This document shows positions 22,809 through 34,528 of a stretch of 64,000 bases of DNA, one piece after another. Source of the stretch: Amoebophrya sp. A120. Taxonomy: Eukaryota; Protista; Dinoflagellata. The DNA is taken from NCBI GenBank assembly GCA_905178155.1, contig CAJINV010000011.1:227029-291028 (forward strand). Direction: 5' to 3'. The notes beneath the pieces were generated by a model, which saw nothing but the letters and a program-made list of their open reading frames with translations, was not told where the DNA came from and did no database searches. Numbering within the stretch: the stretch's first letter is position 1; every line of letters starts with the position of its first letter. Position numbers and translations under genes: made by a program.

Positions 22809-23961
22809 TTATTCTTCCAGTTCGTCGAACATGGGATCGAGTTGCCACGCCCGCTTCGCTCCAACTTGCACCGCGGTGGGCTTGTTCCGCTCGCGGCGGT
22901 ATTCCGGCAAGTTCTGCGCGTCGCCGAACACGTCGAAATGCTCCAGCAGCTTGCGGTACCCGACGGCCTCGCTGGGTTCCCAGTTCTCGAAGTTCTCCAG
23001 CGCCTGCAGGTGCCGGACCGCTTCCACCTTGCCGTACTTCAGGTACTGGTTAGGCCAGCGCCGGACACTGTTCAAGTGGTCCGCGAAGGTCTGCAGGCAC
23101 GGGTGCTTCTTCTTGCTCTGTTTCTCCCGGCGCATGATGCGCGTCAAGATCTCGTCCCCCTGGTCCCAGGGCAGCTTGGGAAACTTGTACTTGATCTGCG
23201 AGTTATGCATTGCAAAAGTTTCCTCGTACTTGGTAGTAGAAATTGCATCACAAATTTTCATTTTCGTATAGAAGAAACAGTAAACTGTAATTTTCATGCA
23301 GATGTAGGTAGGAAGCCACATTTGTAATGCATGATTTCGATTAGTACGAATACGATAAACTTTTGCACAGGATACAAGTCTGCGTTCGGCAGCATGGTGG
23401 TGTGGGACCGCTTCTTCAAACTTCCGTTGTACCAACTGGTCTGATATGTACTGCAAAAGCATGCGCAACGTTCTCGTAGTAATCGCAGTCATGCATTACT
23501 GCAAGCTCGTTTCTTGAGGCGAATCCACATTACAACAAATCCCGATTCTCATCATGCTGAGCAAATTTGTCATGCGCTTTCTACTAGAAGTGCGATGCTT
23601 GTGCAGTTCATATCTCACTGTTCAAACCGTACCGGGCAGCCAGCAGCTTCGCCGTTGCGGCTTTGGAGGAGGCGGAAGTTGTTGGTTGTGTTATAGGTGC
23701 TGTTGAAGGCAGAGGAGCAGCTTCCCCTTCCCGCATGGATGAACAGGAGCTTTCTGTTGCAGAGGATGAAACAAGAACAGTCCCGACACAATTACTGTTC
23801 GATGTTCTTGTAGTGCCGTTCAAGTGGGACATGTCGTTCTGGATGCAGTTCGTCGCTCGACGCCGCATCGACGCTGCTGGAGGCGGTCCTCGAAACGTGG
23901 AGGCACCGCAAGCGGCCCGACCTGCTGGTGCCAGGCGAGGAGCATTATTGAAAACGACCAT
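22809..23961 (-). CDS. Hypothetical protein, 3 exons
   Basis: ATG 23961 (MVVFNNAPRL). Removing two TIR inserts gives a continuous frame ...GLNS(E/Q)TSWYNGSLKKRSHTTMLPNAD(L/S)QIKYKFPKLPW... to the stop at 22809. Confidence 0.7.
23204..23374. mobile_element. Non-canonical TIR intron (family B)
   Basis: Ends TATGCATTGCAAAAGTTT and TATCCTGTGCAAAAGTTT; direct repeat CGAGT/CAAGT; removal restores the frame. Confidence 0.8.
23445..23612. mobile_element. Non-canonical TIR intron (family B)
   Basis: Ends TATGTACTGCAAAAGCAT and TATGAACTGCACAAGCAT; direct repeat TCTGA/TCTCA; removal restores the frame. Confidence 0.8.
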
Positions 23962-24443
23962 GATGAGTTTGTTAATATGTCTTGGTACTGCTGCGGCCCC
24001 AACTTCTTCGCTGAGAGGACATTGGATGAATTCACTTTTTTACCGCACCATCTCTGTTGCTTGTACAGATCAGCACAAGAACTCTTGGACCCTCGCTCGT
24101 CACCGCATACGGCTTGGGAAATCCATTGGAACTCTTGGACATTCTCCGAGCCCGAGGCATCGGGAGTGCAGGCGGAACACGACCGCCACAAGAACACAGC
24201 GCAATACACAATTCAAATTCAACCGCGGTTGACGTGAAGGAACTGACACGAAATATAATTTATCTATCTATTCATAACGAGCGCTTGCGCTACTTCGAGG
24301 ATTACATTATTGGCGCCTCGTATTACATATGATCACGCGGGAAGACGTGACCACTCGGACGTTGCAACACGTTCACGTCGTGCTGTTTTGTTGTTGCTCA
24401 TCATGTCACGCATCAAATGGGAGTCGCGCAGGCGCAAGTTGTG

Positions 24444-26063
24444 CTATCTCCGCGTCAAGTCAAAGTGTATCTGCATCCAGAGGGAAAACAACCCGATCGC
24501 GCCACCGAAAATGTTGCCCCAGAGCACGAGCCAGCCGAGATGTTTCCTGATCATTTCCTCTAGCAAACGCTTGACGAGGTCGGGGGAAAGCAATTCCAGT
24601 TTCTCTGTCATGAGCAGGTCAATCTCCACCTTGATACGCTCCACGGACAAGAAACTGCCGACCTGAAAGAAGGTTGGTGTTTATTTGGTGCTACATCATG
24701 GAATACTGCGTGTGCGTTTTCATCTCATGCTTAACGTTAAGGTTCTGCATTTTCGTATGACAAATAGAAATGCACATCCGAAAATACCGCAAGTTCTAGT
24801 AGTTGTTCGTGAGATCATTTTTCGAAAATTTTTTTTCGTAAAGTACGTCCAGATTCGTGGTCAGATCTTTTGCGAGCGCGGCCAAGGTCGGCTTCAGCAT
24901 GGGCATGAGGCCGTCGAAGGAACCCCCAAACATTTGCTTGATCATGTTGAGCATCATTCCCTCGGGCGTCGCGGCCACTTCCTCCATCTTTTGCTTCAGC
25001 GTCGTCTCAAACCCCGGTTTGTCCAGCAGGCTCGGGATGTCAAACTGCTCCAGAAGTTTCGGCACCCGGGTGTTAAGGTAGGAGTTCAAGAACCTGATTT
25101 ATTTGGTGGAGTGTTCTTGAAAGGATGTGCTGTCATGCGATGAAAAGCATGCAATAGTGGTCGTTCGATTTTGAATCTATGTTGGTACGTATGATACATC
25201 AAAAGAGGAAGAATACAACTGTCGAATTTGAAACAAAATGAGTACTCGTCGTCAAAAAACGCTTTCATGATCGTTGACTTGACAACCGTCCTAATTTCCT
25301 TGAATCGGGCTGGGATCACGCCGGAGCCCGGTAAATTACACACCGGTTCGAACAGCATTTTAATCGCGAGCCAGTTTGTGAACCCGCCCGCGAAACCGAA
25401 GAGCCCGAACGCGAGGATGTAATTCTGTTCCCGTTGCTCGTCCGTCTCAAACCACACAACCTGCAGCCACAGTCCGAAAAGCATCACGCAGAAGGTGGCG
25501 AAATTGCTCACGTCGCCCTTATTCAAGTAGGGGTGCAGCCAGGGGGGGAGAAACTGTCGGGCGTGGGCGTCAAGTTTCTCGACCAACAGGTTGAGCTGAG
25601 CAGTCGGTCCTCGTCCGCCAGAAGCAGCAGTTGTACTATCGTTAGCGGGCGTGCCTGGGTCAACAACATCGTAGCTCCCGCTCCTGTCAAGAAATTTCGC
25701 AGTTTCCGAAGAGTTGGCACTCAGACCCGTCACGGGCGTTTCTTGCAGCTCGATTGCAACGTGGTGCACTGCTCCGATGGCCGTGGACGATGAACTAGAG
25801 GTGGCTGTGGAGGAAGAAGTAGAGGTGGACGAGGCTGTACTTGAACCAATTTTTTGTGGTCCACCAGCATGTAGTTCTGCTGCGGGCCTCTTGCTACTGC
25901 TGCTCGAGGAGGCTGAAGATGCTGCCGTGATCTTCGTACCTTGGTCGTCCTGTGCCGGCACAACTTTCGCACCACCGTCGGAGTTCTTCTTACTGTCAGT
26001 GCTGGGCATCGGCAGAGAGGTGCTCCCTCCGGAAGAGCTTGATGCACCAGCGGACGAGGTCAT
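24444..26063 (-). CDS. DUF445-like membrane protein, 3 exons
   Basis: GLFGFAGGFTNWLAIKMLF..PGSGVIP and C-terminal HLGWLVLWGNIFGGAIG. GT-AG introns 25094-25245 and 24663-24846 give in-frame joins. First ATG is 26063; the ORF is open to 26225. Confidence 0.8.
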
Positions 26064-26608
26064 GTTGCTGGGTTCCAGAGCAGGCGATAACTCGCTTGTG
26101 ATTGATCCCAGAGGCCGTGGATCCGGCACCGCGATCACGAAGATTGATTGTAGTGACGCGACGGCAAGAACATTGTACACAAGAAATGCGAAAGAGCACC
26201 TGAAGAAAAACTTCGGGACCTTCACAGAGCTCTCCGGATCATCTTGTTCCAGCTGGATGAGCTGAAAACAGTCAGCAAATTGCTAAAACGAAGCAGAAGA
26301 AATGAGGTCGGAAAAAAACGAATATTACCGAAATACAAATAAAACGAGAAAACAAAAAAATAGAGTGAGGAATACGGAAGTAAAGGTGAGAAGCCTGAAA
26401 AAAAAATTCTGCGATGAACACGACAGCACAGGGGCCCCGCGACGAATGATCCGCCTACTACGGACAGCAAATATTAGACCGCAGCAAGAGACATTACCGG
26501 TTTTGGTTTTCAACTTCACGGTATAAAGTTTTCTCGAAAATAGCGATCGGCTCCTACCTGTCCACAATGGCGCAACAACATCATTGCTGCTGTTGAAGCT
26601 GTAGCTGA

Positions 26609-28711
26609 TCAGGCCCCAGCATAGTTTTTCCCCTCATGATCGTTTAAAAGCATGGTCAGGTACACTCGCCACTGCCCGGCGAGGCGAACCATCTCGCAGA
26701 TCGCCCTGCGGAGATCTACTCTCGTCGCCTGCTTCTCAACTCGCGTATTCAGTAGCTGTTTCCAGCTCGCCAGCAAATCCACAGGAATTTCGAACGACGC
26801 TGCGGTGGAATGGGAGTCTTCTTGCTCGTAGGCTCGATTTGTGGGATCATCATCATACAGCCCCGGGCTTCTACCGTGACTGAAAGGTTGCCCCAGATCT
26901 GATGGTGGATATGGATTAGGATTATTACTCGCAACGGCAGCGTTATTCTCTTGTATCAGCAAGAGCTGTCGCATCAGCTGCCGTTCCAACGCCTTCCTTC
27001 TTCGCGCGGACGAGTTGTCACAAACTCTGATTCGTTGAAAGCCCGTAGCAGTTCCTGCACCCTGCAGCTCCTGCGCTGGATCTTCGTTCGAAGCAATCGG
27101 CAAATCCAAGCCCAGGTCGAAGAGTCGTTCGGCCAAGTCGAGGATGGCCTGTTTGCTCATGCATCGGTAGGCGAGACGATTGTGGTACTCGGTGTAATTG
27201 TGGCTGGTACAATCGCCATCCGTTTTGTACTGTTGACCTGACGGCCTTTCATGGCCCGTGTGCGGCGAAGAAGCATCAGTTCTCCTCGTTGGCAGGCCGT
27301 CTTGTTCTATCGGGTGGTCTACTCCAAGTGTGGTCGTATCAAAATTCCACTCCGGCTTTTGTGGTTTTGCATTCATCTTCGTCGTCGTCGTCCCGGAGGA
27401 AGAGGTGCCAGCAGGAGCTCCCTCTTGTCGTAAACATGATGACCCGACTTGTCGTCCATTCTCACCCTCAGACGAAACCAAAACCAGCTGTTCTGCGAAG
27501 CACCGCAGCTCCTGCTCCAGCGCCCACACCTTCTCTTTCGTCCACCGCAGAGAATTTCCCGCGTGACCCGTTTGCTCCACTTCTGTCGCGCAGCGTCCTC
27601 CGGAGGATTTCAACATACTCGCATTCCACTTCGCTACCTGCCTCTCGAGCGCGAGAATCTGGGCTTTCAAGAGGAAAACCCGCCGTTCGTCCGCGTTTTC
27701 CAATTCCTTTCCCTCGTCCCGTAAAAATTCCCAGAGTTTCCACGGACTGCTGTTGGCGGTCCGCTCCAGGGCCAGCTGGGCGGTGGTCGTTTCCAGTCTT
27801 TTTCGCAGCCGCTCGTTATCGGCGGCGAGTTCTCTGAAAACCTCAATCACTTCCGCAAGATGTTCTTGTCCGGTTTGCTCATCTCCATCACCCTCGCCGG
27901 CCGTCAACCTACTGGTGCGACGCTGGCACTCTGCCCTCGTCACATGATGTCCTCGCCGCTTCTTGAATTCGTTCGAGAAACTAGGGCAATTGCGCAAGAA
28001 GGAATCCACTTCAGATCTGAAAGCAGCAAGGTTTTTTACCATAGTGCCGTGGTCTTGATGTTGATCTACATCTACTCCCGTGTTCCTCCTCCTGCTGCCT
28101 CGTCCGCTAGTGCCGGGACCGGCTTCCAGGTGGTCCACGACGCCACTTGCGCTGTAGAAGTCTGCTGACGACGCCGTGGTGTCTTTGGTTGTCTGCGCGG
28201 AGGTCCTCGGAAAATGATCCTGCTGTGCCATAAACATCACCCCGTCCTCGTGGTCTTGTTCCGGTCTATCAGTTGCAAAATCGGAATTCCAAGCTGGACG
28301 TGAGGACAGGTCAGCATTCATCTTCGCGCCGCTCGTTTTAGACACCGATCTCCTGCGTGGAGGACGGGTCATCTCTCCCTGGTGTTGTTCCTGCCCGAAG
28401 GTAGTGGTGTCTGGTGGCTCATTTAACATTTTCGACCTAGAAGACTTTTGGTGAAAATTGACCACTGAGGAGGACCGCGCTCTGGAAGATAAGGTGCCGA
28501 ACCCTCCATCTTCGATCGGAACTGAGTCGCCCTGAAGACGCTGATGTTGACCGAACGTACCGGGCTCCTGCTTACTCTGCGTGCGCCCAGGTGGTCCTCG
28601 GGGTTGCTGCGGTGCTCCAGTTGGACCTCCCGGAGCAGTCAGACGCAGAGACCGGCTCGTGGATGGTTGGTGTGTTGGACCTCCGGGTTCCGTCCGACGG
28701 GGACCGAACAT
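26609..28711 (-). CDS. Hypothetical protein with coiled-coil segments
   Basis: 700-aa ORF on the same strand as its neighbours; heptad-like ELAADNERLRKRLE and LLKAQILALERQV; no recognised family. Confidence 0.7.
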   Translation of the reverse strand: MFGPRRTEPGGPTHQPSTSRSLRLTAPGGPTGAPQQPRGPPGRTQSKQEPGTFGQHQRLQGDSVPIEDGGFGTLSSRARSSSVVNFHQKSSRSKMLNEPPDTTTFGQEQHQGEMTRPPRRRSVSKTSGAKMNADLSSRPAWNSDFATDRPEQDHEDGVMFMAQQDHFPRTSAQTTKDTTASSADFYSASGVVDHLEAGPGTSGRGSRRRNTGVDVDQHQDHGTMVKNLAAFRSEVDSFLRNCPSFSNEFKKRRGHHVTRAECQRRTSRLTAGEGDGDEQTGQEHLAEVIEVFRELAADNERLRKRLETTTAQLALERTANSSPWKLWEFLRDEGKELENADERRVFLLKAQILALERQVAKWNASMLKSSGGRCATEVEQTGHAGNSLRWTKEKVWALEQELRCFAEQLVLVSSEGENGRQVGSSCLRQEGAPAGTSSSGTTTTKMNAKPQKPEWNFDTTTLGVDHPIEQDGLPTRRTDASSPHTGHERPSGQQYKTDGDCTSHNYTEYHNRLAYRCMSKQAILDLAERLFDLGLDLPIASNEDPAQELQGAGTATGFQRIRVCDNSSARRRKALERQLMRQLLLIQENNAAVASNNPNPYPPSDLGQPFSHGRSPGLYDDDPTNRAYEQEDSHSTAASFEIPVDLLASWKQLLNTRVEKQATRVDLRRAICEMVRLAGQWRVYLTMLLNDHEGKNYAGA

Positions 28712-29375
28712 CTTCTTGCTCTGGGATGTTGGAATTGCTCGTCGATTATTCTGCTACCTACGACCTCCTTCATGCTAAAAAAAAAATTGAAAACGTCGAC
28801 GACCACGAGGAACATCGCCAGCACAAGAACTCCCGGTAGATCTTTTGTCGATCTACTTCTACCAATGAACGCAAGATCGTAGCGGTGTTGACAATTCTTG
28901 AACTGTGGCCGTATCACGGGTGTCGGTGTCGTCGCACGAGTGACTGGAGTTGCGTTATTTCATTGTCTTCATACATCATCTTCTTCACACCATCTACGGC
29001 CGACAATTCAACATCTACGGCCGACAATTTGTGCATCGCCATTCTGTTCTGGTAGTTGCGTCACAGATATATTTATACCTGTCCACGACCAGAACAATCT
29101 GATGGTAATAGTCGCCTTCGTCAAATTTTTGGTTCAAAGGATTTACATGGTCGCATTATGTGTTTTCTGGAACTACAAGGCCACAGCCTATGTCACGGTA
29201 CTTATACCTGAAATTGGTGCGGCACTAACTTAAAAATTTGTCAATGTGGATGAAATCGAAACATCTTCTCATGATTGATTAGGATAGGAAAGTCATTTTC
29301 TGATACAACCGCAAACCCGAAGGCCAGACGTTACTTCACCTACGCCACCAGCGAGAAACTACAACTCTTCCGGCG

Positions 29376-32096
29376 TCAAAAATGCGGGACCAATCCCCAG
29401 ATCGTGTTCTCCACAAACCCGCCCCGTAACTCGCGCATTTTGGTAAAGTGGACAAAATTCTTCAGCACCACCGCCACGCCGCCGGACAGCAGGAAAAATC
29501 GGCCGGAAACGACGATTCCGTCATTCGGCCCAAGAGAAACCACTTCCAGGTCGCTGAACAAGTTCTCGGTCGAGGAAAGCTGGTAGCGGCTCCTGTCAAA
29601 AGAAGTTGTACGTGAGTTGTTCTTGTCCTCTCCGCATGTTGTTCTGTAGCTGAAGCAGAGCGTCGACGAGGCCACCCTCACCAACAAATTCTCGACTAGC
29701 GGTATCGTCTGCAAAGCAGAGAACAGTGATGTCACTATGGCGCTAGCAGATGAGGTAATAAAGTGCGAGCTGTTCTTCTTGTGGCTGTGATCGTCGTTCT
29801 GGTCATCCGCTGTACCAGGCGGCGTGCTTCTATTTGCCGCTCTCGTCAAGCCGTCTTTAGAAGAGGTCGTACTAGTAGTCACGTTTCTTGCGGCCGCCAC
29901 CTCCACTATCTTTTTTCGCTGCTCCAGCAGCACCCGTTCGCGGATTTGCCGCACGACCAGCCGGGCAGTGGTCTCCGCGACGTACCCGTTGCGGTTTCGT
30001 TGGGACTGCACTGTCTTTTGGGTGTATTTTTTCTGTCGTCCCGCCGAATTTCTTTCACCGGCACGGGGGCCGTGTTTTTTCCGCTTCGCGCAAAAGTAGG
30101 AAGTAGGCGAAACCAGCGCGAGTATCAACAGGAAAAATTCCCCCTCCCCATATCAAAACGAAACCTCTGATGCTAGATTTGCGTACACAAATCCGATTTG
30201 TCTTGCAGTAAGGCAGCGCAGCCAGATCCTCGGCCTAAGTAGGGGCGTTTTGGTCTAGTTGCTTAGCGTTACAAACGGCTGTCCCCTAGGCGCAACAGCA
30301 TGCCAAATCGGTTCCATAATGTTGTCGAAGCTTCTGCGCTTGTCTTCTTGCAAGACAGACGTGATTTGTGGTCTCAAATCAGCAACACAAATTTTCGGAA
30401 ACATACTTTTTCGATATGGGGAGGGGGGATTTTTCCATACAATAGCGAGCCCGACGTCCAGCACCGTGAGCGGAATGCTCCACAACGAGCTGCAAACCGA
30501 AGGACAGCGCCACGTGCTATTTCTGGTCATTGATGTTTTGTTCTTGCAGCTTCTGCTCGGAGAAGTACATTTAACTTTCTCCATCTTACCCACCAGGGAT
30601 TCCGTGCTGCTTCCGCTCGACTTTACCTCCACGTCCACTTGCTCATGTGGTTGTTGGGAAATCAAATCATCTTCGTCGTGTTCTGGTACTACCGCAGCGC
30701 TCTTGTCTCCTCCAAGTAATCCTTCATCCTGTATTTCCGGACCTCCGAGTTCCGCGGCGTCACCCACTACAAACACGTTCTTCTCCAAAAAACCATGGAC
30801 CTGCAACTGCCGGTTCGCGCGGAGGTGGTTTTTAGTGCTGATGCTGTCCGTACCCGTAGATGATTGTGGGTAGCAGCGGTAAACGCGGAGGTAGGAGCTC
30901 CTAGTATCTTCTCCGTTTGTACCGTCATTTTTCCGCTCCACCTCGTCATCTCCGTACACAATTCGCACGCGTTTTGTCCTTTCGAAATACTTCAGAACGT
31001 ACTGCCGTGCGCTCTTCGGGTAGTCCTTCAGAACCTGACTGCGACCCCGACTGGCCAGCTGCAGGTCGATGTGCAACTGGGGGAAGTAATGCAACAGATC
31101 CGCGCACAGTTCGACTCCGACCACCCCGGCGCCAATCACTTTCACACGAGAAGAGCCTGGGTTCATCACCGTTGAAGTAGAGTGCAGGACGCGTTTCTCG
31201 GTTTGCAGAAACTTCAGCCGGCCGGCGAGATCCAAATCTGCAGTCGAAAAATCATTGGTTGCGGCGGTGCTGGTGTTGCTCTCGTGCTTGTCCCCGGTCG
31301 CAGGCTCGACCACGTCGTTCTCGTTGATTCCGACGGCTCCGTAGCAGTCGGCTTTCCACACCTGGTACGCACTACCCGTTGCAATCACTGCGAAGTCGAA
31401 TGGCACGGTCTGCAAAGTCGTATTTTTTGCCGCAGGAGCGTTCGTGAGTTGCAACGGCGGAGCTGAAGAGGACTTCTCCGTCTTTCTCACGACCTCCACC
31501 AGCGCCGCTCCAGGGTTCAGATTCCGGACAAGTCCTTGCTTGAAAACAATCTCGCAGGCAGGTGGTTTCATCGCGGTTTTCTTCCTGGAGAAGCTCGAAG
31601 AGACAACACTCCCTTGCAGCTCCGCGAAGTACTCCTCGTAGCGAAAGTGCGTGTAGTTGCGGCTCAGGAGAGTCGCAGTTCCGGGGATCAAATGACCAGA
31701 GGTCGTGGTCGTTCCATAACCCATGTTGCACCATCGGCGCTGGCACCACTGTGGAAGCAGGCTGCGAACCTTCTCCACGGCGAAACCCAGAACTTGGTGC
31801 GCTCTGCTTGTAGTTTTGGAGGGGGTGGAGGCGCTGCTGATCATATTGTCGTCGGAAAAATTATTATCCGCCGCCTCGCACATAGCCCGAATCGCACCGG
31901 GCGTGAATTCGAAGTACTCTTTTGCGTCGACCGCGGTGATATGGAGCTTAAAATTACTCGAAGCCAGTGTGGTCAAATTGCGCACCACATTGAGCCCCGC
32001 GAAACCCAAGCCGACAACGAGGACACGCGCCTGCTCGTCGGAGCAGGTACTAAGATCCGTTTTCGGTGTTGACGAGTCTGGATGAGGGTCTGACAT
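29376..32096 (-). CDS. Pyridine nucleotide-disulfide oxidoreductase, AMID/AIFM2(FSP1)-like, 2 exons
   Basis: VLVVGLGFAG, FDFAVIATGS, VIGAGVVGVE, NVFVVGDA; after the TIR insert RNGYVAETTARLVVRQI and VVSLGPNDG..K..V..TKM. Confidence 0.85.
30123..30444. mobile_element. Non-canonical TIR intron (family C) in oxidoreductase gene
   Basis: IR GGAAAAAT(T)CCCCCTCCCCATATC.AAA inside TAT ends; direct repeat GCGAG at 30118-22 and 30445-49; removal gives VGL|ALVSP. Confidence 0.85.
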
Positions 32097-33360
32097 TTTT
32101 TCGGCCAAGGTTGTTCGATGCTACTAGCTCGTAATAAATGCTACATATTGCTGCACACGTGGTACTATGTATCACAGCGGGACAACGAAGAGAAACTGGT
32201 CCAGGGGAAGCGTTTTCGGGATAGAAAGTAGCTTGTACTTGTTCAAACATCTTCTCTCTCAAGGCCGAATAAATGAAAATGATTGCAAAAGTAAAACTGC
32301 AAATAAAGAACCCTGTACTTCTCTCATTTCCTCGAAATAAAGAGTCCGCACAACAAGAAATCCACGGTTTACAACCTCGCCGGAAACCCGACGTATACAC
32401 GTAGATAAATCAGATGACACAGGCTGCGGCAAGTTCTTTTCGGCCCCGTCGCGCCATTGCAGAGTAGGGGCAGTGGAAAAGGCGGGCCTACGCACCAAGA
32501 AGCGGCACACCGACGGGCCAACCACGCACGTGAAGCCGGGCCCGCGCCCGTTGGCCCTTGAAGAGCCTGCTGCGGCTGGTTGGGGCGCCAGGCGAAGGCG
32601 GGAACCCGGAATATGGCAAGGGCGCGGGAAGCTCACGCCCACGGGCGTGCCCTGCCCCAGCGGCCACGAGGGCGCGGTCCGGCTAGTAGCAGCCACCAGG
32701 CCTAGCGCTCGGCCCTTGGCTGTCACTGCGCCACAGGCCAGCGGGGGCGCCAGTGATCCGCCACCCAGAAGAGGCCGGGGGCGCCCTTTCGCGCGGATTG
32801 CTGCCAGGAAGAGAGCCCGCCGCTCGAGTTGTTCAGTTTGTAGTCGCCTAAGGCCGTGCCGGCTTGTACGGGCTCGGCGCTTGTACGGCCGTGGATCTTG
32901 CCTGGTATAGCCTTCCAGCCCGGACCTGGGCGCGTAGATAGGCCTGCGGCTCGAGGATGCCGCGTCCGGCGCTGGTGCCACTTGGTCCGGGAAATCGAGT
33001 CGCGTGCACCCGCCCACGCCGCCTTTCGCACCTGCACGCCGAAGCAGGTATCCGCTCGGCGGTGACGAATCTGGATCGGGGTCTGGCATTTTTTCGGTCA
33101 CGGTGCGATAGATTCTGAATGCTATTTATTATGCAGACGTGTTTCTAATATCATGTATCACAGCGGGATGAAGACGGAGAGAAAGTGGTCAAGCGTTTTG
33201 GGGATCTGGATAGAAAGTAGCTTTCTCTTTCAAGGCCAAATAGGACTAAACGTTCCAAAATCAAAACTTCTTTCTGCGTTACTCTCTTTCTCTCGAAAAT
33301 GCAACTCCCCGCAGCAGCAGATCCACGTTTTACAACCTCGCAGGAAGCGGAACATACCGC
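32028..33360 (-). repeat. Diverged tandem duplication of the oxidoreductase upstream region and first ~25 codons (32028-32400 vs 33028-33360), separated by a GC-rich island
   Basis: MSDPHPDSS vs MPDPDPDSS; shared ATGTATCACAGCGGGA, GATAGAAAGTAGCTT and ATCCACG.TTTACAACCTCGC. Confidence 0.8.
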
Positions 33361-34528
33361 TTTGGCTGGTTGTCAAGAACCAAGTTGTCGCAGTACTGGC
33401 CCACGACCGTGGTGGTGCCTGAATGTGAATGTTTAGAAGAAATAACACAGCGCTTTTTAATCAAGAAAGCACGACAGGTTCTTTAGATCAACTTGCGTAA
33501 AGTTCACATCCGAAAGCGGTCTGCAGAGAACCTCGTAGCATTTCGCATCTGAAGAAGGAAATGCCACGAATATCAAAGCTACCTTCTTTTATTCACTTCT
33601 GAGAGTGCGAAACATCGAGCGTCGACCGCCAATTAGGCACAGTATAGATTTTCATTCATGCACACGAGAAACAATCCGAATACAGGAGGGCAGACCTCAA
33701 TACGGTTCGTCTCTATATTTCGTTGCTGGTTTTTATAACAGATACAGGTTCATTTTTAAAGCACTTCTGTAGATTGTTCCAAATTGCAATTGGATCACGA
33801 GTTGATGAAATCGAAACAATAATTTTGTTGGAAGCTGCATGGAAGTACATACACAGCAGCTGTTCGTTGTTGAGTAGTGTAGTTCGAAACGCTTTTCTGT
33901 ACAAGAGGGTGAAAAGGGAGCAACAGTTTTACAGGTTCTTGTAAGGTACAAGTTCATTTTTCAGATAGAGAAACTGGGAAACAAGTAGACGAAACAATAA
34001 TATCCGAAGATAAATAGAAGTACGTTTTGATTTTTCCTTCCAACGATAAATAAAGCTAGGTGATTTTTTTCCTTTGTGAAACAATAATTAAGGTGCTACT
34101 TTAACGAGGTTAACGTAAACGTAAACAGTCTGCTGACGTGGTATTTTTGTTTCTGGACGGAATCTGGTTAATTTTTGTCTGGTAGAAGTTTGCTTTTGCG
34201 CAAAGCCGCATGATCTGCAGCTTTACTCAGGATATTTTTGCACAGAAGCGGTTAATGTAAAACTGAGTTCGATTTGCGATAGCACATGCGGCTGATAAGC
34301 GATTTTTATCAACCAAACGCGTTGTACAGCTATGCAATTAAGTAGTTTATATCGAATATCATTTTCATACTCTGCAATCTGTAGTAGACTGAAGCTATCA
34401 CTAGCGTAGGTTCTTGATTTAAATTTCGTTTTGATCTACCCCCGGCTGCATAAGCATATTTGTAGTCGCTGCAGAAGATGAGGAAGCCGTAGGATGGAAT
34501 ATGTCACTCATGTTCCATTCCTTCCACT

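Noticed and set aside
28990-29030. Short direct repeat CATCTACGGCCGACAATT x2
   Set aside because: Isolated slippage-type duplication with no further structure.
33713-33904. AT-rich ORF with copia-gag-like DPIAIWNNLQKCF
   Set aside because: Too short, bounded by stops, and no LTR or other retroelement motif nearby.
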